Source of the DNA: Fistulifera solaris
Lineage: Eukaryota
Assembly (NCBI GenBank): GCA_030295235.1
Contig: AP026164.1
Coordinates: 1,612,001-1,676,000, forward strand
Reading direction: 5' to 3'
Length of the DNA stretch: 64,000 nucleotides
This document shows positions 33,355-45,579 of this stretch, piece after piece. A program made the position numbers and the translations under genes. The stretch's first letter is position 1. Every line of letters starts with the position of its first letter. The notes under the pieces are model-generated. The model had not been told where the DNA came from. It saw nothing but the letters and a program-made list of their open reading frames with translations, and did not search any database.

Positions 33355-35046
33355 ATGATTTCGTCATTTCTTCGCTCGAAAACAGCAGCAGCGGCACTGT
33401 TCCGCACAAGGATCGCTGGAGTGTCACTATCTCGACAACTCCAGACGACCTCCTTTCATTTACCCAAACCAGCACCCACCACGAATCATGTCAGTACCTT
33501 GCCTTTGGTCAAAATGGTAGCCACCATTGGACCGACATCGGAACAGCAGGAACCATTACAAAAAGTAGTGAAGGAAGGAATGAAGATTATGCGTCTCAAC
33601 TTTTCGCACGCGACACCCGAAGAAGTCGAATTGCGTTGCACGAATTTGGCGTTGGCGCAGGTGAGTTGTTGTCGTTGTTGTCTGCGTACGTGCGGGCGTA
33701 CAAACGTTTGACTCCCCCCTTTTTCTTGACTCATTCTGACATGATAACGCGTTATTGCTTCGTTTTCATTTGATTGACTAGAAAACACTATTCGGTGCGC
33801 CTCTCCAAGACACCCGCGCCATCTTATTGGATACCAAGGGACCGGAACTTCGTACCGGCAAGCTAGCGAATGATGATACCGGTCATGCTACCATTCAGTT
33901 GAATCAGGGAGACACGATTACTCTTCACACGACTCCCTTGGAGGGTGGAAGCACGCCGGATGCCTTGTTTATTGACTACAAGTCCTTGCACAAGGCGCTG
34001 CAGCCCGGAATGACCGTGCTCTTGGATGACGGAGCTATCTCCTTGACCGTCCAATCGATTCATGGCGAAAAGGTCATTTGCACCATTGATAATACAGGAG
34101 ATCTGCGCAGTCGGGCGGGTGTCAATTTGCCCTTTGCGGATACCAGTGATTTACCGGCCATGTCGGAAAAAGACAAGGCCGACATTCGTTACGGAATGCA
34201 GGCTGCCGATATTGACTTTGTGGCGGCATCCTTTGTTCAAACTGCTGAGGGAGTGCAACAAATTCGGGCGCACATTGCCGAATGTGCTCGTGAATTGAAC
34301 TGGACGAAACCCTTACCACTGATTATAAGCAAAATCGAAACGTCCTTGGCGCTAAAAAATTTTGATGCGATTTTGGAGGCGAGTGATGCCATCATGGTCG
34401 CCCGTGGTGATCTCGGTGTGGAGATCCCGCTTTCGCAAGTTACGAACGCGCAAAAGAAATGGTGGCCGCCTGTAACGCCGTCGGAAAACCCGTCATTGTG
34501 GCCACACAAATGTTGGAAAGTATGACCAAGAATCCCCGTCCGACCCGAGCCGAAGTCAGTGATGTCACCAACGCCGTGTATGACGGTTGCGATGCCACCA
34601 TGACCAGTGGAGAGACCGCTAAAGGCAAATACCCAGACACGACAGTCCGTACGATGAACGAAATCATTGTTGCCTCGGAACGATACAGTGCCGCGGCACC
34701 CTTCCCGGTCGCCTCCAATGTGTGTTACGCCGCGGAATCCAGCGAGTACGCTCCCATGGCGCATGCCGTGTGCCGAGCGGCGCTTGAGCGTAATAGCGTG
34801 GCCATTCTTTGTTTGAACGCGGATATGGCCCCGATCATTGCCGCATGTCGACCTCATATTCCCGTTATTTCCTTTTGTACCTCCTCCAAACAAGCCCGTC
34901 AGCAGCAACTGTATCGTGCCGTTTTCCCCGTTGTAGAGAACGGCGTTACGATGGCGAATGCTGTCGAAAAGGCCGCCGCATTGGGATGGGTCCTGGAGAA
35001 TGACAGCTTAATCTTGGTGGATGGTACTACCATGAAATTCGTTTAA
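33355..35046 (+). CDS. PK: Pyruvate kinase with mitochondrial-type presequence (intron 33661-33781; apparent A-run frameshift near 34453)
   Basis: [43 protein letters not shown] and ATQMLESM...PRPTRAE. The N-terminus [19 protein letters not shown] is Arg-rich and acid-free. Confidence 0.95.
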
Positions 35047-35809
35047 TTTACAAAGTAGTAAAGATATTATAATGAAATAGAAAACGAGGCATTGCGGTAT
35101 CTAAAGTAGGCCTTTGGCGTTCCCGTAGTACTTTCGACAAAACTACTCAGCAGCGAGTGTACGTGTTGAAGATGTTGATCGTCGACAAGACTGGATTTCA
35201 GTCACGCTTCACAACACCAGCGGTTCACATATTGCATTATACGCACACGCCATCTTTTTAAATTAACCATGATTCTATTTTTAGTGAGCTGTCAATATGT
35301 TGCTTAGCTACATTTGCAATGATCATCCAAAAAATTGATCCCTCCTCGATCGATCCAATCAACTATATATTATAGTGCTGAATGTAGACGGAATTTCGCA
35401 AAAGACTGGAAATCCTGTCATGAGTCGAACAGTAAGTCAGCTGTCAGCTAGTTGTATGATTGCGTTTCTCGCCAGCACAACCTTATATTCCCACCAGCAG
35501 CTACTGGTCAAGCACGCATTGTCAAGAACCATTATTGATAGACTAGCTGCATGTGCGATGATCGGTTTAATCATACGCGATACGTGACTTTCACGGCGGT
35601 TGTGTTGGGAGTCAACGCCAACCTTAATATTGTTTTCACGATCCCAACAATATTGCGCAATCAACGCATTGGCGTTGCCTTGCAAAAAAAAACCATCAAA
35701 GGTACGGATGACTTATTAATTGAGATTCCAAGCATTTTCATTTCCAAGAAATAAGTAGTTTTTGCTAAATACATATCGTTTGATCTCTGCAAAAAAAGGA
35801 AATGAAGAG

Positions 35810-36443
35810 ATGAATAGCGCTTTTGTAACGGGCGGCATCGCCATTGTTCTTTTCGTTCGAATCATCATCGTTTGGGTCTTTCGATGCATAAGACGTCGAA
35901 CGGAAACGAATTCACCACCGCTCAAAACGCTAGTCATTTTAGGTTCGGGTGGTCACACCACCGAAATGTTACAATTGACGAAACAATTAAATCGGTCGTT
36001 TTATGCACCTGTGGAATATTGTCGCGCCACGACGGATACAACTTCCGTCATGCGGTTACCCGACCGGCTAGCCGTCGTACACACCATTCCCCCGCGCCCG
36101 AGAAGTGGGTCAATCCTATGTGACGAGTCTCTTTTCGACCATATACGCACAATGGCATGCCATGTTTCTCATTGCCAAGATCCGACCCGGTCTCATTCTG
36201 TGCAATGGCCCGGGAACGGTCCTACCCCTTTGTGTGGCCGCACTCTTTTGGCGTGTCGTAGGATGGTGTCCCGGACAAATTGTCTTTGTCGAGTCGTATT
36301 GTCGTGTCCAAACCTTGAGTCTGACGGGGAAATTGTTGTATTTCTGGGCGGACCTGTTTGTGGTGCATTGGGAGGAACTGCATCGCCAATATCCTAGATC
36401 GAAACTGGTAGACAGTTTTGTTCGACGCCAAAAAGACGAATGA
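35810..36443 (+). CDS. ALG14: UDP-GlcNAc transferase subunit ALG14 (apparent C-run frameshift near 36090)
   Basis: N-terminal TM, LGSGGHTTEM, IPRAREVGQS (after correction), CNGPGT and VFVESYCRVQTLSLTG. Confidence 0.9.
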
Positions 36444-36735
36444 GAAACCAAAATGGTGGCAAATGAGGTCAGAAAAACTGGAACTATCTACAACCGTAGC
36501 TTTCCTCTGAAGTCTTACAATCGCCTACGAGAATACGCTACACACGCATCCATACCGCTCAATTTACCTGAATTCGAGACAATCAGCAATTGTTGCATCC
36601 GTTTTTCGGGCGACCAGAAGTAGGAAAAGTACCTCTCAAGTAGACTCTTTAGCTACCAAAGGCTTTCGGGTATGCTAATATATTCGTTTACTAACAATTC
36701 AACCTCCTCATGTTATTTCTTATTCTCATTAAAGC

Positions 36736-37712
36736 TTATAATTTTGGTTGCAGACCAATGTCTCGTGCATACTTGTAACCAATATTTGCATCGTTCAGCA
36801 TCTGTTCCACATCTTGATAGGTGGGTCGGGACGGTAACGAACCCACCGGAATATAGGTTTCACCATCATCTCGCTCACAAAACACTTGCCAATCGGCTTG
36901 GTATGATTGCAACAAGCGGACATTGGCACCCCGACAAACGTATCCTTCCAAGGTATAAACGGGTTGGAATCCGGCGGCATTGAGTCGCTTCAAAACACTG
37001 CCCTTGCCACCCAAAAACGATGCCAAACCCGAAAGGAAACCTTCCCCTTGACTCGCGGAATCCAGTACATCATCAACCAACCGCCATTGAGGATTCATGA
37101 GAATGATGGTGGTGTCAGCATCATTCAGGGTGTCCATGATGTGGTCTTGTACCGTTTCTTGGGTCGGTTGCACCCAACACGCCATGGGGGGATCTTCCGT
37201 TTGCAACAATCCGACACCATCAACGCCACTTTCATCCACGGAACGATCTTCGGTGATGCGGGGTGGTAATCCAACATCTTTGGTATATTGTCGCAAAATT
37301 TCGGCACCCGTCGGTGCCGCCGAACGGTACAATTGCATGATTCCTCCTTGCCAGCTTTCGTCGTTCGGAACCAAAATGGAATTACCTCTACTAGTGCTGT
37401 CTTGTTCCCAGTATTTACCAAAATCAGCATTGTTGGCATCCCGAGGGAGTAATACTCGAATGATTTGTTTGGTACGTCCATCGGACGAGGCGAGTTTCAT
37501 GCAGGCGGCTACCTGACGGACCATTTCCTCGACACTGAGAGGGACCGTAAAGTCTGTCTTTTTCTACTATCGACGGTGGACGATGATTCTTCCGTTACAT
37601 CTAAGAGTAGAGTGGAGACCGATCTCGTGGGCGAAGGAACGAATGCACTCGCCGAAATGACGAGAAATTGGAAAAGAATGCAATGTAGGATCGTTCTTTC
37701 GGATGTCTTCAT
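36736..37712 (-). CDS. Plastid-targeted DUF1995-like protein (apparent A-run frameshift near 37560)
   Basis: Signal peptide plus canonical ASAFVP. DESWQGGIMQLY, IILMNPQW and RPTYQDV segments. Confidence 0.6.
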
Positions 37713-38167
37713 GTTGTAAAGGATGCGAACATTAAACAACAATTACTAGCAAGAACAAGAATCTTTTCCAAACAATGTCAAGATGAATGGAGTCACTTTG
37801 ATTCAATGATCGAGTTCGAAGACGTGTCAAAGACGAAATGCGAAATCAGAAAGAAAAACAAAGACGAGAAAATCATTATTATTTCATCATCGCAAACAGC
37901 GCATTCTCGTGAGGGTGACGTAAGCATCGATACACGAGTATGCACGACTAACGACGGATACCTGTCCGACAAATTTCCGATACGTCAGTCGATGACGCTG
38001 TTGGTTGGCGGCAAACCGCGAAACGAAGCGGAGAACCACATGATGCCCAGACGCGTGTAAAAAGATAAATAAATAATAAACGAACCAAGTCGTCCGCGTG
38101 GTTGACAAAAGATCCAGTCGACAACCATAACAAACTCGTTCGGTTCGTTTGTTTCAAACAATTGACC

Positions 38168-39083
38168 ATGCACATTACCAAATCCGCTCTTTCCTTCCTT
38201 CTCCTCGCGACTCGAGCTACGGCTTGGACGGCGCATGGTCTTCCCCGTGGTCGATTCTTGATCGGCCAGTGGCAAGCGGTGGCCGGTATTTCCACCGACG
38301 TGGTCGGTCAAGAAAAAACCGAAAGCTTTCGACTGAAATTCAAGGAAGGTGACAAAACTCTTTCACCGTGGCATGATATTGATCTTTCGAATGAGGATGG
38401 ATCATTCAACATGGTAAGCAAACATATATATTCTTTGATACAAAAAGTCGTTGCGATTTCGATTTATCCAACGCCGGCGGCTCACGGAATCATCTGTCCT
38501 GTTCAATTAGGTGGTCGAAATTCCCAAAATGACCCGCGCCAAGATGGAAGTGGCCACCAAAGAGGAAGGCAACCCCATTGCTCAGGACATTAAGAAGGGA
38601 AAACTTCGTGACTATCACGGACCCATCTTTTGGAACTACGGATGCCTTCCGCAAACGTGGGAAGATCCGGGTGTCAAACATCCCGAATTGGGATGTTTCG
38701 GTGACAACGATCCCATTGATGTGGTCGAAATTGGATCGTCGGCTTTGGCCATGGGTAGCGTCAAATCGGTCAAACCGTTGGGTGTGTTGGCCATGATTGA
38801 TGATGGCGAGTTGGACTGGAAGGTTTTGGCCATTGCCACCGATGATCCGCTCGCGAAAGAATACAATGATATCAACGATGTCCCCGAGTCAATCAAGGCG
38901 GGTATCCGAGAATGGTTCCGCTGGTACAAGACTCCGGATGACAAGCCCATCAACGAATTTGGTTTCGACGAGAAGTTCCTGGACAAGGCGGAAGCCATCA
39001 AGGTGATTCATGAAACACACGATGCCTGGAAGAAGCTCATGGCGGGTGAAACGGATGCCGGAAAGCTCTGGACTGGAAAGTAA
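38168..39083 (+). CDS. PPA: Soluble inorganic pyrophosphatase (family I), probably plastid (intron 38414-38510)
   Basis: SPWHDI, NYGCLPQTWEDP, GDNDPIDVVEIG and DDGELDWK. Signal peptide ending in AW. Confidence 0.93.
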
Positions 39084-39378
39084 ATTTATAGAATATTACT
39101 TGTACAACTGGCTCTTGGGTCGATCTTTTTTTTTAATTAGAAACTAATGTGATTGCCGGGTTTTCAGCACTATATACACTGGTCGATCTGGAATTGCCCC
39201 GTTTTTCTCTTCCAGTTATGTTGGAAACATAGGGAAAATAAATTTTATGAAAAAGTTGCGGCCTGATGTGAAGGTAGCATTCATTGTTGGCAAACCGTTT
39301 GTTGTGATGCGATCAATCGTTGGAGAAAGAAAATCTTGGCTTAGATACAACATTGTCGACAGGCGAAGAGTCACGCCC

Positions 39379-40047
39379 TCAGACCCCAACTGCATCACCT
39401 GGTGCTGGGATATAGACATCTTCAACACGTCGCGGTGGACGAGACGCCGAAGGATTGTGTTTTGCCATATTATTGAACAAATTCATTCGCCGGCTTATGG
39501 AGCCTTTCAATGGATGAGCTGTTTGTATTGTAGTACGTCGACGAAAAGCTGCAACAAGAAGTGCGCTCACAAGGGCTGCAGCACCAACTAGTCCAATGAT
39601 GACACCAACTTCCGAACGAACATCCGAAACGGCTTTCCCATTATTCTGTGACATTCTGTTGCGGGAGCCCGTCGAACTCGATGAGCTGCCACCTCCACTA
39701 TTCGACGCATGGTTGCTGCCCCCGCTAAACGATCCCCCACTACTGCTGCCCCCGCCAGATCCGCTGGATGATGATGAACTACTCCCGCTCGATCCTCCAC
39801 CACTGCTTCCTCCACCACTTGACGTTCCGCCTCCGCTGGAACCAGAACTATTTGGGGGCGGCTTGGGACGACTGTCGTGCTCTCCTGTAGTACATTAAAT
39901 TCGGTTAGTCAGTAAAACTTAAAATGATAAAGGAAATTAAAAAAAAACTTACCGAGATTTCGCCTCAAATGACTCCTCGTTTCACTGAATGACAACCTAT
40001 GGAGGCATATTGAGCATAGAAGAAAAAAGACTTTTGGCTATTCTCAT
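39379..40047 (-). CDS. Small Gly/Ser-rich single-pass membrane protein, candidate silicalemma-associated protein (intron about 39885-39951; one apparent homopolymer indel in exon 1)
   Basis: Signal-like N-terminus, HLRRNL (RXL-like), poly-(GGSS) tract, TM GVIIGLVGAAALVSALLVAAF and cytosolic HPLKGSISRRMNLF. Confidence 0.55.
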
Positions 40048-41316
40048 TCCAAGAAGTTATGGAATACAATAAATACGAGTTTGATTAAATCTTCTAGATG
40101 ATAATCGTTGAGTTTCTGAAAGCAAGCAAGCAATTAAAAAAATCGGGCATCACTCGGATCAAACGCTTTTCTCCTAGTGAAAAAGTGAGCGTTCTTGGCG
40201 ATACGTTGAGTTGCACCATAGAAAAATCCTTTGTAAGTAGAATTTTCTGAACGACATAGTAGGTGCGCTCAAACCGTTCGGTATCCGTTGAGTAACGGGT
40301 GAGCTGCGGTTGATCGAAGTTAGGTCACCGATTGCCATCCGTACCAGGTAAGTACATTGTACAAAGGGACCACATTTCATGAGGGAGGTGAAAACTTTAC
40401 AACGACCCTCTTCATAGCGCACCCTTAAGCGTTTGTAGATACCTCACCAACGGCATGCAGTCTGGAAAGGAAGATGAACTGGAGTCGTAGACCCGTCACA
40501 TCAATAGGGTCTGTGTGGTTGTCTGAGACTAAATAACGGATAACGATTGAAACCGCGGGGCTTTGAGCGTCAATCGTCATTAAGCTTGCTAAAAGGGAAC
40601 GTCAACTTCTGTGCTGTTAATTTTTAAAAACATCTTCAGTTTTTGGATTGCGCTCTTGAAAAATTATACCAATCAACAAATCGATTCAATTAGATTTGAG
40701 TAACCGTAATCTCTTCTGGTAGTAGCTGCATCTTAGATTCCTGCTTTGTTCGACCCAATGCTTTCCCACTATGTCAGCCTGCTTTATCAAAAGTTTAAAA
40801 AGAATTAAAATAGGAGTGATAATTTTAGTCAATCAAAGGATCTCTATAAAAGTAGTTCTTACGAAACTGGTATCCGGTACAATAGCCTCATCCGTCCGTG
40901 ACTCGTCACTCGTGAAAGCAAACGGAATACGACATCGTCCGAACTGTACTCTTTGCAAGGTAATGGCGATTTATCACGTTTTATACCTAACATCAGGAAG
41001 AACCGCCAAAGTGTGAAGACGATATTATCTTAGCTCGCCTAGAGAAAGTCTGTTTTAACATTCGTTACTTGCAGCTAAACATTAAACTCTATTTAATGGA
41101 GGTAGTTATTTTGTATGAGCAATCAAGTACCAGACGAAATATCATTCCGACCGCGGTGCTCGCTTTCTCAACCTGATCGAGCATTTTTAGCGAGATGCCC
41201 ACAATCGCCACGGATCGGCGAGTGTGCACCTCTTCTTCATTGCAATCAGAAGACCAGCATTACAGCACAACAACGACGACTCGACAACAGAAAATCAATT
41301 GATCGGGGCATCAACC

Positions 41317-42273
41317 ATGGCCTCTACCATCGCAATGAGTAACAGTGGCTTGTGGCTACCTGGCGTTGCAAATACGAAAGAGGATAAGATCGAAAAATGG
41401 TGGGAAGTAAATCGCAAGCATGACCCCCCGCTTACTCGAGGCGCCACTCCGCTTGTCGAACGATGCATGCGAGTCTTAGGATGGAATGAGGTGTTTGCAA
41501 AGCGTACATTGAAAGGCTACAGACAATTCATGGAGTTAAAATCAGTGATGAACGATTGGCAGGCGACAAAATTAACCGCACCGCTCGCCATTCAGCAAAT
41601 GTGGGAACAGCACTTGCTGGACAACCTGAACTATACGGACGACTGCTTCCTACTCTTCGGACGCGTTATCGGTAACGATCCTGATGCTATTCTAAACGAG
41701 AGACTCACACTTGACCGTGTCAAGACTACCAAAATTGCATTCCAGGCACGATACGGTCATGACCTTGATCCGGAAGTGTGGGATTACGGTCATGCTGAGG
41801 TAGATGCTATCGACGGAGATGATCATGCCATGGCTGGTGTCCATCATCACCACCATCATGTACCATCGTCACCGCGCGGGCGTCTCCCAGTTGCAGGCGT
41901 CGCTCACGAAACTTCACCCAGAAGTCGGTCTCATATTGTCGCACCGTCGGAAGACGAAGCTGTGGAGAATACCCCCGCTCGACGATCGCTTACCAAGAAC
42001 CCACGATCGCCAAAGTCTCCACCCACCGGCAATGATCCCATTACAATTTTCCTGCGCGACTCTGCAAGCGGCGAAGAGACGTATTTTAGCTTGCGATACC
42101 GAAGCACACTCCGAATTGTTTTTACTGTCTTTGCCGAAAGAAAGGGTTTGAGTCAAGAGAATCTGAAGTTCGCCTTCAATGGACAAACTCTAACAGGATA
42201 CGAAACACCATACAGCCTTGGGCTGGAAGACCGCGCCCGCATTGATGTCACTGTTGGGATGCGAAGGGGATAA
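41317..42273 (+). CDS. Protein with GRDP-like N-terminal domain and C-terminal SUMO-like ubiquitin-fold domain
   Basis: YRQFMELK...IQQMWEQHLLDNLNY, a His-rich linker, and FAERKG...LKFAFNG...ETPYSLGLEDRARIDV. Confidence 0.65.
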   Translation: MASTIAMSNSGLWLPGVANTKEDKIEKWWEVNRKHDPPLTRGATPLVERCMRVLGWNEVFAKRTLKGYRQFMELKSVMNDWQATKLTAPLAIQQMWEQHLLDNLNYTDDCFLLFGRVIGNDPDAILNERLTLDRVKTTKIAFQARYGHDLDPEVWDYGHAEVDAIDGDDHAMAGVHHHHHHVPSSPRGRLPVAGVAHETSPRSRSHIVAPSEDEAVENTPARRSLTKNPRSPKSPPTGNDPITIFLRDSASGEETYFSLRYRSTLRIVFTVFAERKGLSQENLKFAFNGQTLTGYETPYSLGLEDRARIDVTVGMRRG

Positions 42274-42649
42274 ATAACTAAGTGGTGAAGCTTTTGGAGG
42301 AAATAAAACAGAACCGGCACCTCTTTTGAGTCATGAACATGAAGATATGTTCAGAATTGTATCGTAGTTTACGTAAATGCCTGAGGTGCATAGCGAGATA
42401 TTATTATTGATGTCAAATTGTCTAGTTTGTCATATAATTAATTTTGTAAGTTGCAAGGGAGAGACAAGACAGAGAGCTACGGGCGAAATAAATACTAAAG
42501 TGATGCTCCGTTTACCGTGAATGAAATTATTCATGAACAAGTCGTCAACATGAACTCGTTCTTTTCCCTATTATTTCTCGCATTTCGCTTTCTCATGTTT
42601 TTACGACCGTCGTCGTATTTTATCTCTTCTCATGAAAAATCAAGGTAAC

Positions 42650-43774
42650 ATGGCGAAAGCAACCAGTTTTCTATTATTCTTACATCTTTTGGAAGCCGCA
42701 AGTGGCTTTTCGGGATACCCAATTGGAAGTCACCGTCGACAAGGACGACAACGGCATTTCTCCAGCACACGTAATGATAATAATGCCAATGAAATTTTTG
42801 TTGTGAACTGGGAAGGTTGCATAGCCGATACAGTCGACTGGAGAATACGAGACGCGTTAGAAGTGGCCGCCACAACGTGGCCAGAAGCTGACGATTGCTT
42901 AGACCGCGACGATCAAATTTGGTTAGAAAACAAGCTGGCCGCTCTGGCTCATGTTCTGACGGCGACGAACGAAGATTTTTCGGTCGTATGTGAATATGCC
43001 CTAGCCGCTCGTCTGTTATTAGAAGAACAAGAACTTGATGGGGGTCGTTCGAACGGAAAGACGGGAAAATACGCAAGCAAGTATCATCCGCAACAAAAGA
43101 CAGAAATGAGTCGGGGACGGGGGAGTCGCCCATTAACTGTAGGTGAAGTTTCAGCAAACTGGAGACAAGGTGGTATGCTTCGTGATGCTCTGCAAGTGAG
43201 ATATCACTGTGACTATAAGGATCCGATGCCTGTTTTGCAAAAGAATGTGGAGCGTTTACGAGCCAAACAAGATTCAATGGTCCCTCGCCTGACTGATGAA
43301 GGCATTCCTGAAATACTGAATGCATGTCCACAAAAGCTTATTATCACAGTAGACCATGCGAGCGATTTAAACATAGCTGCCACTACGCTGAAAGCAACGG
43401 AATTGAAGTTCCGAATCGTGGAGGATGTTGCGGAGGCTTTTGAGTCGAAAAATGAGGCGGCGCTTCTAATAAGACGGCGCGAGACACTTGCTCAAATAAT
43501 GCAGCATGCTCCAGAGAAGTCGACAACATTTGTCATTGATTCTTCGTGGACAACTTTACAAGATAGCATTGACCTGTTCGGAGACAACATCCCGCGCTTT
43601 GGTAGTGTCGGCAAAAGCAACGTTCCTCATAAGAACCTTTCGCTGCAGCTGGCTAGTTGGGCGCGAAATACACATCCGTCTCAGCACGCTGCCGCTACAA
43701 TGAATGCATGGACCGGTCTTGTTGAATATACAGATTTCATCGAGATGCTATCGGCCCGAGTGACCAGTAACTGA
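42650..43774 (+). CDS. Hypothetical plastid-targeted protein, degenerate HAD-like
   Basis: Signal peptide plus ASGF. FVVNWEGCIADT resembles HAD motif I without the Asp residues. LQLASWA near the C-terminus. Confidence 0.5.
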   Translation: MAKATSFLLFLHLLEAASGFSGYPIGSHRRQGRQRHFSSTRNDNNANEIFVVNWEGCIADTVDWRIRDALEVAATTWPEADDCLDRDDQIWLENKLAALAHVLTATNEDFSVVCEYALAARLLLEEQELDGGRSNGKTGKYASKYHPQQKTEMSRGRGSRPLTVGEVSANWRQGGMLRDALQVRYHCDYKDPMPVLQKNVERLRAKQDSMVPRLTDEGIPEILNACPQKLIITVDHASDLNIAATTLKATELKFRIVEDVAEAFESKNEAALLIRRRETLAQIMQHAPEKSTTFVIDSSWTTLQDSIDLFGDNIPRFGSVGKSNVPHKNLSLQLASWARNTHPSQHAAATMNAWTGLVEYTDFIEMLSARVTSN

Positions 43775-43880
43775 GCACCGACGTTTGTTCCTTTGTACAG
43801 AGCTATTTTATAACCGCACCATGAAAACATTTTCGCAAAGCGGATTTTTTATAATTTATATTTTTCTATTGATTTAGAGA

Positions 43881-44217
43881 TTACTGTTGCCCTGCCGCCT
43901 GCATAGCCTGATGTTCCGCAAAACGTAGACCGACTCGTTGTGTCATTTTGACATATCGCGAGGCACAATGTTCCACGCAGCTGCTTTCGGACTTGTCTAA
44001 ACTCTTGGAGCGGAAGGAGGTTACGCAACCATCAAAGCATCTCATGACCAAATTATTGTACATACTTGAGGCGTGCGTGTGAGAGATGTATATAATTTTT
44101 TAAAATAATCATGAGAAAGCCGAGGACTTACTTTAAAGAGTCTTTCGTTTGCATCGCTTCCATTTCTTTCATAAAGGCTTGCTGTTGGTGCGGAGCTAGC
44201 TTCTGTATGGCTTCCAT
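43881..44217 (-). CDS. TIM9: Mitochondrial small Tim chaperone Tim9 (intron 44065-44131)
   Basis: MYNNLVMRCFDGCV...ESSCVEHC twin CX3C and QRVGLRFAE. Confidence 0.9.
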
Positions 44218-44610
44218 GGTTAATATTGATAGTGCACTGAATAAAAAAGGACTACAACAATTTGTTTTATGTACCAGGTATGCTTTAATGTCGACAACAA
44301 AATACGCCACTACGCAAAATAATGCGCTAGTCCGTTGCAAAAGGACCGTCTGTATGCCGCTAGAGGAAGCACCGTCCAACTTTCATGCAATTTGCGGACA
44401 GACAGATCGACCGCAGGCACGGCAGAAAAAAAAACCAACCGTAGAACTTCGCTTGTTAGCCAAAACATACTCCGTAATAATAATAGAAAAACGCGTTGCG
44501 AGTTGCGAGAGCTTTGCATCGCCTCTCATTGGAAGGAACGAAAGAAACGAAATTTGTTTCTTCTTTCAAACGCACATTCATCCGTTCCTTCGCTTGTTGA
44601 TGAAACAGAA

Positions 44611-45579
44611 ATGTCTAAGGAATTAAATGAATTGCAAAATGCCACCGTCGGCATGACGGTGGGAGTCATTGAGGTATGAATAGCTTGTTTTTCGACGAGA
44701 AGATTGGTTTCGGCTGATAACTCTCGCTCACATGGTTCGTCTGTCTAGGTGGTGATTCTTCAACCATTCAATTATTGCAAAAACATGGTACAGCAGAAAC
44801 AACCAATTCAAGTCGATCCGCGTGTCATGTACCGCGGAGTCGGCGCGAATATGGTCAACATGGGGCCCTGCACGATGATTCAATTTGCGATTGGCGGCAA
44901 ACTGAAACAATTGGTAGCCGGAGACTCGGATCGGAAGTTGACTTTGGCGGAAGAAATGGGTTGCGGAATTTGTGCCGGAAGTTTTTCCGCGCTGGTGGGA
45001 AGTCCCTTGGAGTTGATTATGATTCAGCAACAACGTAAGGGTGGCTCGACAGCTGCGACCTTTGCCAGTATTGCGACTCCCGCCAATTTCTATCGTGGTT
45101 TAATTGGAGCCGCTGTTCGAGAAGCCTTGTGGACTTGTGGCTATTTATCGATTCCTCCTATTGTGCGTAGCTATTTGATGGAAAATCATCCCGAACAGTT
45201 CCCCGATAACAACCGTGCTCGAATTCCTGCCGCGCTTCTCGGCGGTTTATTCGCATGCTATTTGACGCAACCCGCTGATACCATCAAGACCTGCTTACAG
45301 TTGAGTATCTTTTCGTATGAAAACTAAATGTCCGAGCCTTTATCGTTTTCTTCTCACCTTGATTCATGTCAATCACCTTCTCTCAGAGGTGATATCGAAC
45401 GCTCCGTGTATGGTAACTTCCGTCAAGCTGCGGCAAAGATTTATCAGGATAGTGGTATTCCCGGATTTTACCGTGGTGCCACCTTCCGTTATGGTCGAAT
45501 GGTGTGCGCTGTCTTTATTATGGATTACACAAAGGAATTCTTTAGCAAGCTGATGTACCCATCGGCTTTCCAAAAATGA
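44611..45579 (+). CDS. Mitochondrial carrier (SLC25), resembling stramenopile glycolytic-intermediate carriers (introns 44674-44748 and 45300-45386)
   Basis: Three carrier repeats (QPFNYCKN, SPLELIMIQQQ, QPADTIKT; YRG three times). The first matrix loop is very short. Confidence 0.85.

Noticed and set aside
35100..35760. Short ORFs between PK and ALG14
   Set aside because: No motifs or consistent splice structure; I cannot support a gene.
40050..41300. AT-rich 1.2-kb gap as a hidden gene or transposon remnant
   Set aside because: No terminal repeats or recognisable coding signal; consistent with a divergent promoter region.
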